Part shown: one piece after another, positions 38,904 to 51,281 of the stretch
Layout: each line of letters begins with the position of its first letter
How positions within the stretch are numbered: the first letter of the stretch is position 1
Assembly (NCBI GenBank): GCA_000320545.1
Contig: ADNK01000096.1
Location: forward strand, 62,001-126,000
Reading direction: 5' to 3'
Origin: Bigelowiella natans CCMP2755
Lineage: Eukaryota; Protista; Cercozoa
Length of the DNA stretch: 64,000 nucleotides
Position numbers and translations under genes: made by a program
The notes under the pieces: model-generated
Told to the model about the DNA's origin: nothing
Database searches by the model: none
What the model saw: only the letters and a program-made list of their open reading frames with translations

Positions 38904-41900
38904 ATGAGACGTCTTTCTCCCAGTGGTATGATCTCAGCGGGTAAAGGGGGTATGGCGATGTGTGTATCTTGGTTTCGGGCATCCTTTGCCAGCCCCCCCC
39001 CCATCGTCTCGACCGGCTGCTTCGGCATAACACGACTTCGAGGCGACCCAGGACATTATGCTACCCGGTTTTATTCGAGCAGCATTGGTGAGGCCGACGA
39101 AAAGAGTGCTGCCAAAAAGCGCCAACTACGCCGAAATCGAAACAAGCGGATGGGGGGGACAAAATTTAGCGATGGAGTGGTAATGATCTGAGATCCTTGT
39201 TTTTTGACACTTCTATGCATGATGCCGTTTGGCAGTGACGCCCAATAAGAATAGTGGATGGTTGAGGCCAGAGTAATATGGAAACGAAAACAATATTGAA
39301 AACACAAGGGGAATGGAGTAACAATGTACGCGACAAAAGGAAGAGGATTTCATTGTTATCTGTATGCTGACACGTATTTCATTTTTAGGAAAATGATCGT
39401 TATGTGAAAACATTCCTGGGTACATTCTCTTTCAGAGAACGTCGAGGTGATAGACTTGTTATATACACCAGCGCTGATTTCCATTTGATAATGATGTCCA
39501 CATGAGGAAACCTGCGCCCGGTCACAAACTCAAGCATGCACATATGAATCCATTATGTGACGAATTCTCGATCATAACGCTGATAATCAATGCCACCATA
39601 CCATGTGTGTGTGTATGTGTGTGGTGTGTGTGTTCAAGGTCGCCAATCTTCTCTGATTAACAAGCATCCTCAAGATGCTGAAGCCACTAGCCCGGCTGCC
39701 TCCTCAACCGTACAGGGGAAGAAGACACGCAGGTTGGAGGCCGATCTTCTTCGGCGTCTCCCGTCAGAAGGCAGTTCTTCCTCTTCTTCTTCCTCCTCCT
39801 CCTCCTCCTCTGAAGCAATTCTGGCCTACATTTCAGTCATCATATTCTACCTTAGAGAGAGAAACTTTAGCAAGGCACGCTATTACCTGGAACTCGTTTC
39901 AGAATTGACAACATCATCCAGCAATGGCGCGGGCAGCGAAACGGGTAGTAATGGCTTGGTACAAGCTCTTCAGCTTGCATTCGATACATTCCCAACGACG
40001 GATACAACCTCTTCTGACCTTGAAGCGAAGCTAAAGAAATATATGGCCTGCGAGGGTGGATCCTGCTCCAAAGAGATCGTGGAGAGGGCGTGTTCTGGGT
40101 TGATCTCTGTGTGGTTAGAAGCCGGAGATATAGTGAAGCTAGCAGCAACACTGAAATACATGAGCTCTCATCAGATTCCGATAATATACGATGAGGACGA
40201 CGATGAGGACGCTATTCTCTGCGGCTTGACGAGTCTTGCCGCCACACTCCCCTCATTGAAAGGTGAGGTGAAAGAAGCAGCAGCTGCAGAGCTATCCGAA
40301 CCAGCAGCTGCAGCTGAAGTAACAGCGCATGTTCGGAAGCAGCTTCCAGCTCTTTTACACTCAGTAATCATGAAATCCGGGCGCCGTCAAGTAGGACAAT
40401 ATGTCTCGCTGTATTGCGCGCAGGCCACCGACTTGAGCAAGATGCAGCAGTTTGCAGAGTCGGAACTTTGTCGCAGCTGCCTGCCGGAGCAACTCCCAGA
40501 GGTTTTACACGCACTCGTGAGACTGCGATCTAGTTACAACGACCTTGTGGACCTTTTGAAGAACGAGATGCGAAGACACGCTTTCGCTCAGCAACAGCAA
40601 CATCAGCAGTATGAGGAGTATGATAGTCTTATGCTTGACGTAACCCGCCAATGCTGGGAGCAAATCCTCACAGTCAAAGATGTTGAAACGGTCAGCCGCC
40701 TTCAGATAGAAGAAGATATCATTGAATCTTTTGCAGCATCGAGAGAAGAGAGGGCGGGAGAAAAAGGGGTGGGAGACACAGACGCTACTACTGGCGACGA
40801 CAACGAAGTCGTTGAAGCGGCTTGGGAAGTGATAGCAGACCTAGCATTCCTTCTCCAGGACGAAGCACGCCATGCGTTGAAGCTGATGCAGATTGCTAGT
40901 AGTGGTAATGCTGAGCAAGCTCTTCACTACTTACAGACGGAAGGCCTGGAAGAAAAAGACAAGTTACAGACACTATTTCTCGACGCCATTGTCGCTGGTC
41001 TTGCACCGGCTTGGAGTTCATCAAGCACCATAGGCAGCAGCAGCAGCAGCAGCTATGGTGGTGGTGGCGATGTCAGCGATAGGGTTCGTGGACAAACGAT
41101 CAAGCCGAAAGAGATAGCAAGTGCGAAGAGGCTGCTTGATCGCGTAGTAAGGGGATATCGTAAGCTAGAGAAATTCCCGTCTATAAACAGATGTGAAGAG
41201 ATTATCACTGTGGCGTTCTCTCTAGGGAACTTCGGGGCCGCCAAGGCTGGCATTGTATGGCTTCTGAATACCCGTGACACGGACGATGAGCAGCAGCCAA
41301 CTCACCTCCACGACCCCCTCCGACTAGTCTTCATGACTGCGAGGAAGTGCAGCCGCGAACTTAGCGAAGACGATGCTAACCTACTTATCCGCTTGGCCGG
41401 TGTTGTGGAGAACGAAATGCCGAGTAGTAGTTTGAGCGTTTTCTTATACAGTGCTATGATCTTCTCCCTCGATTTGTGCTGGATTCGTGCAAAAAGCCTA
41501 AAGCAAAAGGAGGCTTTAGGAGGCTGCATCTGGACAACTTTCACCTCGATAGTGAGGGTTAAGCAGTTGCGTCCCGACATATTTGTTTGCAACGCCGCAC
41601 TCCACCACTTTGCGCGAGAGGGCAATGAGGAGCGCGTCAAGTTCGTGCTTAGGGCGATGGAGAAATACGGTCTCCAACCAAACAAATGCACGTTCGACGC
41701 TTTGCTGCATCTGCAGATGGCGAATAACGGGAAGAGTGAGGACATAAGCCAGACGCTGATGCAGATGAAGGCAAAAGGCTTCGAGCCGTCTGAGAGCCTT
41801 GTCAACGCCGCTATTACAACCAGTGGCGTGGAGGCGAATAACGTCAAACGTGTGGAGGACTACATCGCGCAGATGGGCGAGGAGACTGTATCCGCTGCAT

Positions 41901-42466
41901 CTCAGGTGGAGATTATGACTTTCTATTCGTCAAAAGGAGAAGTGGAAAAGGTCTTTGCCTTTCTTGAGGGCGTCCGTAGTCCCGAAATATCTATGTACAC
42001 AATCGCTTTCAACTGCTTCTCGCGCCAAGATGACCATTTTCCCTCCCTGCCGTGCAACATCCGAATGTTTGTAAACCTGTTTGAGAGGCTTTTGAACGAT
42101 AAAGAGATATTGTGGGACCAATTCCTGGTCTCGGCAGCTCTGAACGCGATTCACAAGATTTCCCACACGCATATGAACTTCGGGATAAAAAAGGCTGAGA
42201 CAGTTTTCCAGCGAGCCGCTGAGCAGGACGTCAGGGTATTGCCGAAGGCGATGCAAAAACTGTTGTACTTATATATTAAAAACCAGAGAATCGACCTGGT
42301 CGAGCGCTTGATGCGAGCCTCGAAGACAACGTATCGGTGGAATACTCGGGAAGTGATGTTTAAAATCCGTAAAGCGGTAGAATATGGGGTCTTTCCGTCG
42401 CATACGCGTCGAGCATTAGAGAGTTTTCGAACCAAGCTCCTCCAAGATTCAAACGAATACTCATAG
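38904..42466 (+). CDS. Pentatricopeptide-repeat (PPR-like) protein, probably mitochondrial
   Basis: Long exon to 42466 with PDIFVCNAALHHFAREGNEERVKFVLRAMEKYGLQPNKCTFDALL...MKAKGFEP PPR repeats. R/S-rich first exon ending in RFYSS resembles a presequence. Confidence 0.78.
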
Positions 42467-43206
42467 TTGCAATTCGATCATGTTTTGATTCGGAGACATA
42501 TAGACAAATCTCTCTAGGCTCACATCAAATGCTGGAAAGGATTTCATTTCATGTCAAATTGTCTGTGATTTCAAAGTCCAAGAAGATGACCCTTGCGTTG
42601 CTTCCCCTTGATGACAGAAATCAGAGAACGAAATGCTAGATGTTGCATTCACGGCGCACAATCCTTACGTCATGCACATCATGCATGCGGCGGTGCACAC
42701 CTTCTAGCCTTGTCCATCACGACAAACTTGTGAGCATGTGCAAGATGCGCGTGCACATCCATGGCATGTAGCTGCGATCATTGCGATGAACGTGCCAGCG
42801 TGGCGCAGGAGCGCGATGGGTCTGCGAACTTCATTCTGTGCACAATTCATGATTTGACTGGTGCATGTACACCAGTAATTGTTACGTCGCTAAACGCGGC
42901 TAAAATTCTAGTACATAATAGACATGACTAAATGAATGCAAAACGTGGCCATTGTGTATCGATTGGTAAAGATCATGCAAACAAGTTGATACTGTCACAT
43001 TTTGACATTGCATGACGATCACAAGAAGAAAGCAAGAATCATGTAAGTAGCATGTAATTGCATGCAAGTGCAGCCTAATGATTGGCCATGCACAGATGAG
43101 TAGACTGTAGAAAAATTGTACTCATGCAAGTAGCATGTCATTGCATCAAAGTTCAGTCAGCATAATTTGCTATACACATGTAAATAGTACAGAAAAGTGT
43201 ACTTTT

Positions 43207-43737
43207 TTAATTTTTGCATGCATAATTCAATTTGAAAACACAGTTAGTAAGTTTCATTTCAAATTCCATTTTGCCATCCTCTTCAACAAGATGCTTGCAC
43301 TCGTTCTCAGCAAAATCGTTACAAAACTTAAGCCATAATTCCTTTTTTTTTGCTTGATGTTGACTTTTGTAGTCATGTAAGATTTTTCCCAGGTAATTAT
43401 GCGCTTCATTCATCTGCTTCAGTAAAGGTTCTGCATTTGGATTTGCAGCAACTGATTTACAAAACTTGACAAACTTTGTCTTGACGTCATCAGGTTCGTT
43501 TTCCGGTACAGATTTTCCATTATCAACTTCTTCTTCTTCTTCTTCTTCTTCTTGTTCTTCTGCTTCTGTATGCACGTCATCAGTCTTCACTTCACTGTCT
43601 TCCGCTTTATTCACGTCTTTAGCTTGGTCTTCAGGTACAGTCTTCACGTCATCAGCTTCGTCTTCAGGTACAGTTTTCACGTCATCAGCTTCGTCTTCAG
43701 GTACAGTCTCCACGTCATCAGTGGTAGTAGAGTACAT
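43207..43737 (-). CDS. Acidic tandem-repeat ORF carried inside the TIR element (possibly a truncated pseudogene)
   Basis: Intronless 176-aa ORF from ATG 43737 with (TVPEDEADDVK)-type repeats and poly-E. The frame extends to ATG 43920 across one TAA at 43870-43872. Confidence 0.5.
   Translation of the reverse strand: MYSTTTDDVETVPEDEADDVKTVPEDEADDVKTVPEDQAKDVNKAEDSEVKTDDVHTEAEEQEEEEEEEEVDNGKSVPENEPDDVKTKFVKFCKSVAANPNAEPLLKQMNEAHNYLGKILHDYKSQHQAKKKELWLKFCNDFAENECKHLVEEDGKMEFEMKLTNCVFKLNYACKN
43627..43721. repeat. 33-bp tandem repeat, about 3 copies
   Basis: GTCTTCAGGTACAGTYTYCACGTCATCAG(CTTC) units start at 43627, 43660 and 43693. Confidence 0.92.
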
Positions 43738-45096
43738 CTTTACAAATTCATTACAATAATCATATGTAACTGACTTTTTAATACAACCAACATGTGGTAT
43801 ACTGTCTCTTTGCGCATAAATGCGACGCTTATAAATGTATATCAAGCGCTTGCCATGTTTACATTTATCTTAACATTTGACCCGCCATGTAAAAAGACAT
43901 CTGCTATCATGCTTTACCATCAACTTTTATGATCCTAGCAAAATAATGCACATTTGGTACACTGTTTACATTGTAAGTCAGCTAAACAAACGTCTTCTCG
44001 ATATAAGCTTTTGTCAACTCTAAAAGCGATGCAATAATTACTGGTGTATATACACCAGTATTTGAAGTCATTCAAAGTTTGACATTGTTGGGTTGCTTGG
44101 ACGCTGAGCTGCAAACATTGGACACTGAGACACTTCGACTTGTTTTGGATAGGTTGAATTCACAGCCCCACCTAGCCATGTGTCCTCTCACCTTCGCACG
44201 CAAAAGAATTCTTGCTTGTGTGCTAGCTTGCTCGTTCACTTTCAAATCGGTCAATTCCCATGAAGATTTTGAACACAATGATGCCTAGATGCTGCCATTG
44301 CATGCAAAATTGTGACAGAAACAGGTGTCAACGAAGTTCCGTTTCCTTCAGCACGGTCGACACGGCACCAACAATCATCCACGTGCATGCTGGCATGGCA
44401 ATAAGTTGCTCTTGAAGTTTGGAAACCAGTGCAACCGCGTGATGTGCACTGGAGGACCGCAGGAGAACGGGACATTGATGTGTTTAACTCCATGCCAACT
44501 CCGGTTCCATCCATTTTCTCAATTTGGGTCAGAGAAATGCCAGCTTTTCTCACAACAATTATTACAACAACATCCTGATACTGTCAGTTAGTACCGGTAG
44601 TCTGTCATTTAGTTTATGAATGATGGAGTTTCCCACTCACATTCGCACAGACGACATGGAATTTAGTGGAAAAGGGCTGGTACAAAGTGCAGTTCGTGTT
44701 CCACCTTTTGTTTGGGAAGGACCGCACAATTTGATTTTCTTTTTCGACAATCGATCAGCATCGGTATACATGTAGATCTAGGAAATTGAACAACATTTTG
44801 TGCGATCCGAACATCCGAACAACAAACATGACAGAGTGAAAAGTCACAGTGCATCAAATTTAAAAAATGTGACAGGGAACATTTTGATTGTATTTGAAAA
44901 GTGCAAAAATGGCCTCCTTTCATTCACATTTTGCGAAGTTGTACTTGGAAAATAGAAAAAGAAGGAAAAGAAGAGAAAAAGAAGGAAAAGAAGACTGTTG
45001 CGATTTGTAGTGGTAAGAAATGATTTCACTGTAGCACTAGATCTAGTTATTAAGCGTGGTTGGCTCCAAAATTCGAATTAACCAACCAACCAAGTT

Positions 45097-47093
45097 ATGC
45101 AACTACCAATGGTTGACAAGGATGAAGCCTACAGACAGAACCCTTCTGTGGTTTGTAGGAACCCAGCGCTTCACAGAGATCGAAGTTCTCAGAGATTCAA
45201 CGACAACATCAGAACTATCAGATCTGCTCCGCATCCAGCAGGCAGCATGAGTTCATTCTCTCATTTGAATCCTCCTATTGCATCATCAAATACATCAATG
45301 TTCAATGCTTCGAATTCGACGCCTCAATGTAACTTCAAAGTTCTAAGATATTCCTTAAAACCTGAAACTCAAAATTGGAACTCGGATGATTGTCGTCTAG
45401 AGTATGTTCAAGAAAACTCAGAACGGAAACTTCATCATCATCAAAGCCCAGTAAAGTTAACTAGCATTGCACCTGGAGACCGTGTTCTGAGTCAATCGCT
45501 ACTATTGAAGAATGAAGCTAAAGACTCGAATTTTGAAGCTCGTAGATGTGAAGGTTCCCCTTTCGTCCCTCAAACTCAAAATGCGATCACTCTTTCTGCA
45601 AAGGAGAAAGGAGCACGCCAAGAGAATGATCAACATTACATTTCAAAAGGATCGGTCCAGAATTCTCAAGAGAATTCCGAGTCACAGTCTCTTCCCTTTT
45701 TTGCACGATCTCCATCTCTATGGAAGTCTGTAAACTTTTCACGATCTCCTTCTCCATGGCATGTATCTCGTTTCAACATTGCCGACAAAGAAAGTGTCTC
45801 TGAAGTGGAAAGATTCAACGTTCATGATGGTTAGTGAGAAATTGCAATCTAACTTTGCAAATTCAAAACTTAAATTTATGTTCTTCGGAAGGAAATGATA
45901 TTTATGGACTCCACGATACAAGTTCAATGTCGTGTCTCTCAAGCGACATCATAAGTGATAAGCCAGAAACTGGAATCCCAAGTAAGGATCTAGATTGATG
46001 GGTAGCGGCAGATTTTGACTCTCTTAACTTATTGTTACAGAAGATCTTGAGGGAGGATTAGAGGTGTAAGCCTCATTATTCACACAGGATGTTGTTCTAA
46101 TTATTTTCTTATAGGCTTTGTTGAGAGACGAAAGTTCAGAAGACAGAAAACTGTCTCCTAATTCTGAATCGATGAAGAATATCTCGAAAGTCCATCAGAC
46201 AGAAGCACACTGTGCGGATTTGAAGATAGGAATTGAAAATAGCAATACAAAGGCGTTTGCACGGTGGGCAGAGAAGATAAACTCTTTCAAGCCCCCTCAG
46301 ACCGATTCCCGTATCCAGAGTAATCACCTTTGTTTTGAACTGCTTTCATTGCTTACGACAACTTTACCTTTATCATTCACGAAAACTACACTTTCTTGAA
46401 ATGATGATGATCAGAGTCACATTTATATGATTGACAGAGTTTAAGACTGAAATGTGCAGTAACTGGATATCGACTGGCAGATGCATCTGGGGCATGAATT
46501 GTGGTCAATGCTTTGCTTTGCCCATTCGTTTTATGAGATTCTAGATATATCACATATAAACTTTTCATGTTACAATAGACTATGCCCATGGATTGAGTGA
46601 GCTGAAGAAGAGCCGATTAGGTTCATTTAACTCATAATTTTTCACCTCTCGTATTAGAATAAATAGTGCAATTATCAGGAAAGCACTACAAGAGTATGTT
46701 ATGTCCAGGTTCGTTTATTTCGAGAATATACTTTGGAAAGTACGCATTCAATTCTAAATTTCCCTTATTTTTAGAACTTTTCTGTCACGAGTGCCATAAT
46801 GACGAAACACCAGGTGATAAGTATAGCCAATTTAAATTCAACAATGGAAGTTCTTATCGGAGAAAGAATGTTGGTGGTAATCTCCCTGCAGGCTCCAAAA
46901 ATGTTACATTCTGTGTAAGATCTTGCAAGTATGGAAATCGATGCACTTTTGCGCATCCGGGAGATTTTGTTCGAAGGAGCTCGAGAGAATACTATATGGT
47001 AGAAGCCGTGACATCCTTCCTGCACATCTTTCGACTGAAATCACATCTATATGTAGGAAAAAATATTACCTGCAGACTACCGAATACGTATGA
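45097..47093 (+). CDS. Hypothetical low-complexity protein with C-terminal CCCH zinc finger; multi-exon, boundaries approximate
   Basis: 245-aa S-rich first exon, short internal exons, then HYKSMLCP|...SCKYGNRCTFAH. Confidence 0.6.
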
Positions 47094-47649
47094 TTAATGC
47101 AAGCGCAAGCCTCCCTGAGGATCGATATTCTCAGGGATTTTCTTCTATTGCCGTTTGAAACGAAGGGACATCGTTAGCGTTCTTAGCCATCTCACGAATT
47201 TCGATTAGATGTTCTTAAGAGCATGAGAAGCTTCATGTAAGCACATGTGTGAAACTACGTAACCACACGTGACCACCGTGTGTTGACTTACTTACCACAT
47301 ATTCATTTTGATATTGTACAATTTCGAATCAATTTATCGATCATTTTTAAATTGCAGCCAACGTGAGTTTAAATGCACATGGGATAGTTGAGAACAAACT
47401 AGTTGTTTCATGAGTTGATGACAGTCCTCTAGATTTTGTTACTCGACGACGTTTCTCGAGATTCGGGAGCGATATATTTAGGTGCAATAAAAATCTCAAT
47501 GTAATACAAATCTCTATCATAGTATATGAAGGAGATTGAACTTTTGCGTTTAGACTGATGTACATGCGTATGTCTAGACGTGTGATTTCGTTGTGCACTT
47601 CATTTGCGGCATGCACTTTGCATTTGAAATTTGGAATGAATGCACATAC

Positions 47650-48460
47650 GTTCGCTCAAGTGAGGTTGCACGGTTGCTTGATGAATGTCAAATTGCTTCT
47701 TTCGTGCACGACATGAGAAGCATCACTGCTCATTGTGTCTCTTTCGAGTCCCTGTTGCAGGGCTTTCTCGAAAAGGCCGCGTCGATCACTTGCTGGCTGT
47801 CATCCAAATCAACAGGCTAGGAGTCCAATGGCATGACCACAGCAACATCAGAGAACATGAGAAGAAGATGAAGATCTCAAAAAGTGCCATCGCCGACTTC
47901 CAAACTGGCTAGCTGGTGTCAAGATGGATGAAAACATCAAACGCAGCTAGAAATGTGAGGAACGCGTTTGGAATTGAACGTTGCTCACTCGTGTGTCAGA
48001 AAGCAACCTGGATTGAAAGTGAGCCCAGAAGCCCAGCTAGCCAGGTCCAGGTCTTTGGACGGAACACTCTTCATCCATCGTCCCACCAAAGTGCTCACTC
48101 GTTTCCACCAAGGTGGCTGACCAGACGCAATGCCATGACGGCGCTCATGTGAATCAGGAATTTTCCTTTTCAAGATGTTTGCCCTTTCGACGTCTTTGTC
48201 CGCTGCTTGTAGTTTTCCGAAGACTTTCAATTGTGTGCCTGTCGATCGCCATTTTGCGCAGTGTGCAATCACAATGCAGATGTGCACCGCCGGTCAATGT
48301 GGCAGTTTGAGCTCGCAGAAAAGCTGAACAGTCAGTGCCGACCAACACTGCTCTCTGGTCAAAGTGCAAACTGCTGCCACAGTGGCAGCCGTTGTTGCTT
48401 GCTTGCTACCGCTGCGCACCGCCCAGGAATGCCATCGCGCCTTGCCTTTTCTCAGGATTC
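47650..48460. other. TpA-depleted degenerate patch (probable hypermutated relic sequence)
   Basis: Hand count of 6 TpA versus about 40 CpG in 811 bp. ORFs on both strands are nearly Tyr-free and broken by stops. Confidence 0.85.
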
Positions 48461-48840
48461 TTTTAATGCCCGCAATTACCGGTGGCAGCACAAACATCGT
48501 CAAAATCCTCAACGCCTACATTCATTTTCATGATCAGATCTGTTTCTCTTAGCCAGGACAAAACCTCGAATTTGAATCCCCGGCAAGAATACTCCATGGA
48601 GTCACGATGAGTCGATAAACTTTCAAAAAGGGCCGATGAAAGGAAAATGGACTTGGCTCGTAGAACCTGAATTAAAAGCGTTTTTCCGGAATGACCCAAT
48701 GAGAAGAGTAATGCGGTCTTATTCGCCACTGTTGCACTTTTTCCATGTCGCATGACACAATCACTAGAGGTTTTATTCGATTTACTTGAAGTTTTTATCT
48801 AAAATCTAAAATACATCACACATTCCACCCTGCACACAAG

Positions 48841-50121
48841 ATGGTGTCTGCCATGAAACTTGCAAGGGGAAGGGGATTCCCAAATCTATTGCTAGCATGC
48901 ATCACTATTTCAATTTTCCCAGCTTCACTTTCTTCTGCTGAATCTCTTTACGAGCGTCAAAGTAATAAAGAGCCTTGTCCCAAAATCTTGAGCTCTGGGA
49001 AGTGTCCTGAAGGATTTAATCTTAACAAGGACTTGAAGACCTGTAGCGGTGATCATAATATGGGATATGTTTTCTATATGACGATACACCAAGTATCCAG
49101 TATTTAATAATCAGTTTGTTAAGAGTGTTCGGTTATTTATCTTCAAACCAATGAATCTTTTTTTGACAGAAGTGGTTTTCACTTCTCTCAGACATTGACG
49201 AATGCGAAATTAATAATGGGGGCTGCCAGCACGAATGCAACAATATTTGTGGAGGATATATTTGTTCATGCAGAAAAGGATTCTTATTAGACAAAGATCA
49301 ACATTCTTGTAAAGGTAACTTTTGGACATCCATGGAAGCGATCAGGAACAAATATATTATGCGTATCTTCAGCCAACGATTGCTTCGAAGGAACCATAAG
49401 TAACTTTACCTTGGGATCAAATATCGATGCTTCCTATCGACTTGATAGAATGCTTGTGGATGGTGGATCGTTTTCACATTCATGTGCAAGCTTGGATAAG
49501 GGTTTTGGATGCAATGCAGAAGTTCGTTGCCAAAATGGACAAGTACACGTGGATGTGGCTCAGTGTTGTGGTACGAAGCTGCAGATACAAATTTCCATTA
49601 ATTAGATGAAACAATACTTACTCTGTTCTCCATTAATGCATCTAGCACATTGCCACCTTTCTAGTTGGGAGAAAGGTGATTGTTCAAAAACTTGTGGAGA
49701 AGGTTTTTTGATCGAGGTCAAAATTATGATAATCAATTTTGTAGCATGTAATATGAATAATTTGTAACAGAAACGTACAATTTTGACTCCTCCGACTGAG
49801 GGTGGAAACGAGTGTGGAACGTTGCAACGACAGATTCCATGCAATCATGGCTGTTGTCCAGGTTTGTTTCACTTGAGTTTTATGCACCCACACTGAGACG
49901 TCTTCTCTGATTCTCAGTTAATTGTGAGCTTGGAGACTGGATTACTGAGCCATGCTCAACAACTTGCGGTTGTGGTGCTATCAAGCATCATAGACCTATA
50001 TTAGTGCGGCCAGCTTGTGGTGGAGAGCCTTGTGGACCTCGTGAAACATTCACATCTTGCCAAAACGATCCATGCGATGACGGAACCTATGACACTGTAC
50101 CATAAAATTATTACAATATAA

Positions 50122-50159
<38 letters not shown>

Positions 50160-51281
50160 TTGATGTGTGTATAAAACTTTTACGGGTTTGTTTTTTACAT
50201 CGTACATTGCAGGATCCGTTTTTCTACGAACCCGATCCAAATACTGACAATCTCTCGCGCCCATCAACAAAAACAAGCACTGTCTTGAATGGAAAATCAA
50301 ATGCTAACGTTCATCCATCAACGCATCTCTCAGAACAAACTGCATCTCCAACTACGAAATCAAATACTGACACTGGAACTGGCTACTTCAGTGGAAATAC
50401 GGGATTTGTTTCAGCATCCGTCGTAAGTACAGGGATTGTCGGGGAGGCTATATCCCCGGGAGAAACAGTTAAGTGCACTTATCGTCAATACGAGAATGTC
50501 GGGAAATGCTCTGGGCCTTGTGGACCTGGAAGCGGACATGGTGTTCAAAATCAGGTATTTGCATAGGCCAATTTGCGTTAAAGAAATTATTATTATAACC
50601 GAGACATAAAACATAAAACATCCCAAAGGCCTTGCTCTTGCAGTGAGCACTATATTTTTGCCGTAGGTAAGTCGTCCTTTACAGGAAAATTGCAATGCAC
50701 GATGGCGAAAGATTTCGTGTGAACCTTTATGTGGAGGTAGAAATGTACGCCATAGCAAAGGATTGCCCTCGTTTGATAAATATTTGTTACCATTATAGTG
50801 GAGACTGTGGTCTGGAAGGCTACTCATTGTAGTGGAGTTGAACTCGATAGTAGACATATTGCGGATCACTTTAGCCCAACATCTTTGGAAAATTGCCGGG
50901 AACAACCGGGAGAGACGGTATAGGTTATTCAAATTTGTAAAATTCTTATTGACTTTTTGTGATCCACTTTGCAAGGACCCTACTGCAGCAATAGCAAATT
51001 GCATCGAATTGTGTAATTCAATTTCTCAATGTGCAGGATTTACATTTGCTCAGGGAGATGAGGTACTTCTGACGAAGCTTAGTTATAAATTAGTATATAA
51101 CAACTGTGTTACACAGGTAAATCGTTGTTGTTTCCACGCCGATACGAGGTACGAGTACTTCGTTGAAAATTGGTACTAAATAATGAAATTTTATAACATG
51201 TTTTGTTTGCTACACAACAGCATAAAGCAGCATGATCTACCCGATTACTACTGCTTCGAAAAATCACTGAACCCCGCTTGA
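48841..51281 (+). CDS. Secreted protein with calcium-binding EGF, thrombospondin type-1 repeats and a C-terminal PAN/Apple-like domain; multi-exon
   Basis: Signal peptide LLLACITISIFPASLSSA; DIDECEINNGGCQHECNNICGGYICSCRKGF (cbEGF); WEKGDCSKTCGEG and WITEPCSTTCGCG (TSP1); CIELCNSISQCAGFTF...CCF (PAN-like). Confidence 0.85.

Larger units (their letters stand above)
42857..44059. mobile_element. 1.2-kb non-autonomous TIR element (35-bp TIRs, 5-bp ATTTG target-site duplication), unclassified
   Basis: 42857-42891 and the reverse complement of 44025-44059 match at 30/35. ATTTG flanks both ends directly (42852-42856 and 44060-44064). No transposase recognised. Confidence 0.8.

Noticed and set aside
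39030-39050. TRLRGD in the PPR leader as another RGG motif
   Set aside because: No di-glycine and no signal peptide; it fits a mitochondrial presequence.
43627-43721. Possible CRISPR-like array
   Set aside because: Head-to-tail coding repeats without spacers, in eukaryotic DNA with no cas genes.
47650-48460. CpG-methylation decay or classical RIP as the cause of the TG/CA excess
   Set aside because: CpG is abundant and TpA is lost rather than gained.
47593-48753. Assigning the degenerate ORFs to a transposase or reverse transcriptase
   Set aside because: No recognisable motif in any frame; origin left open.
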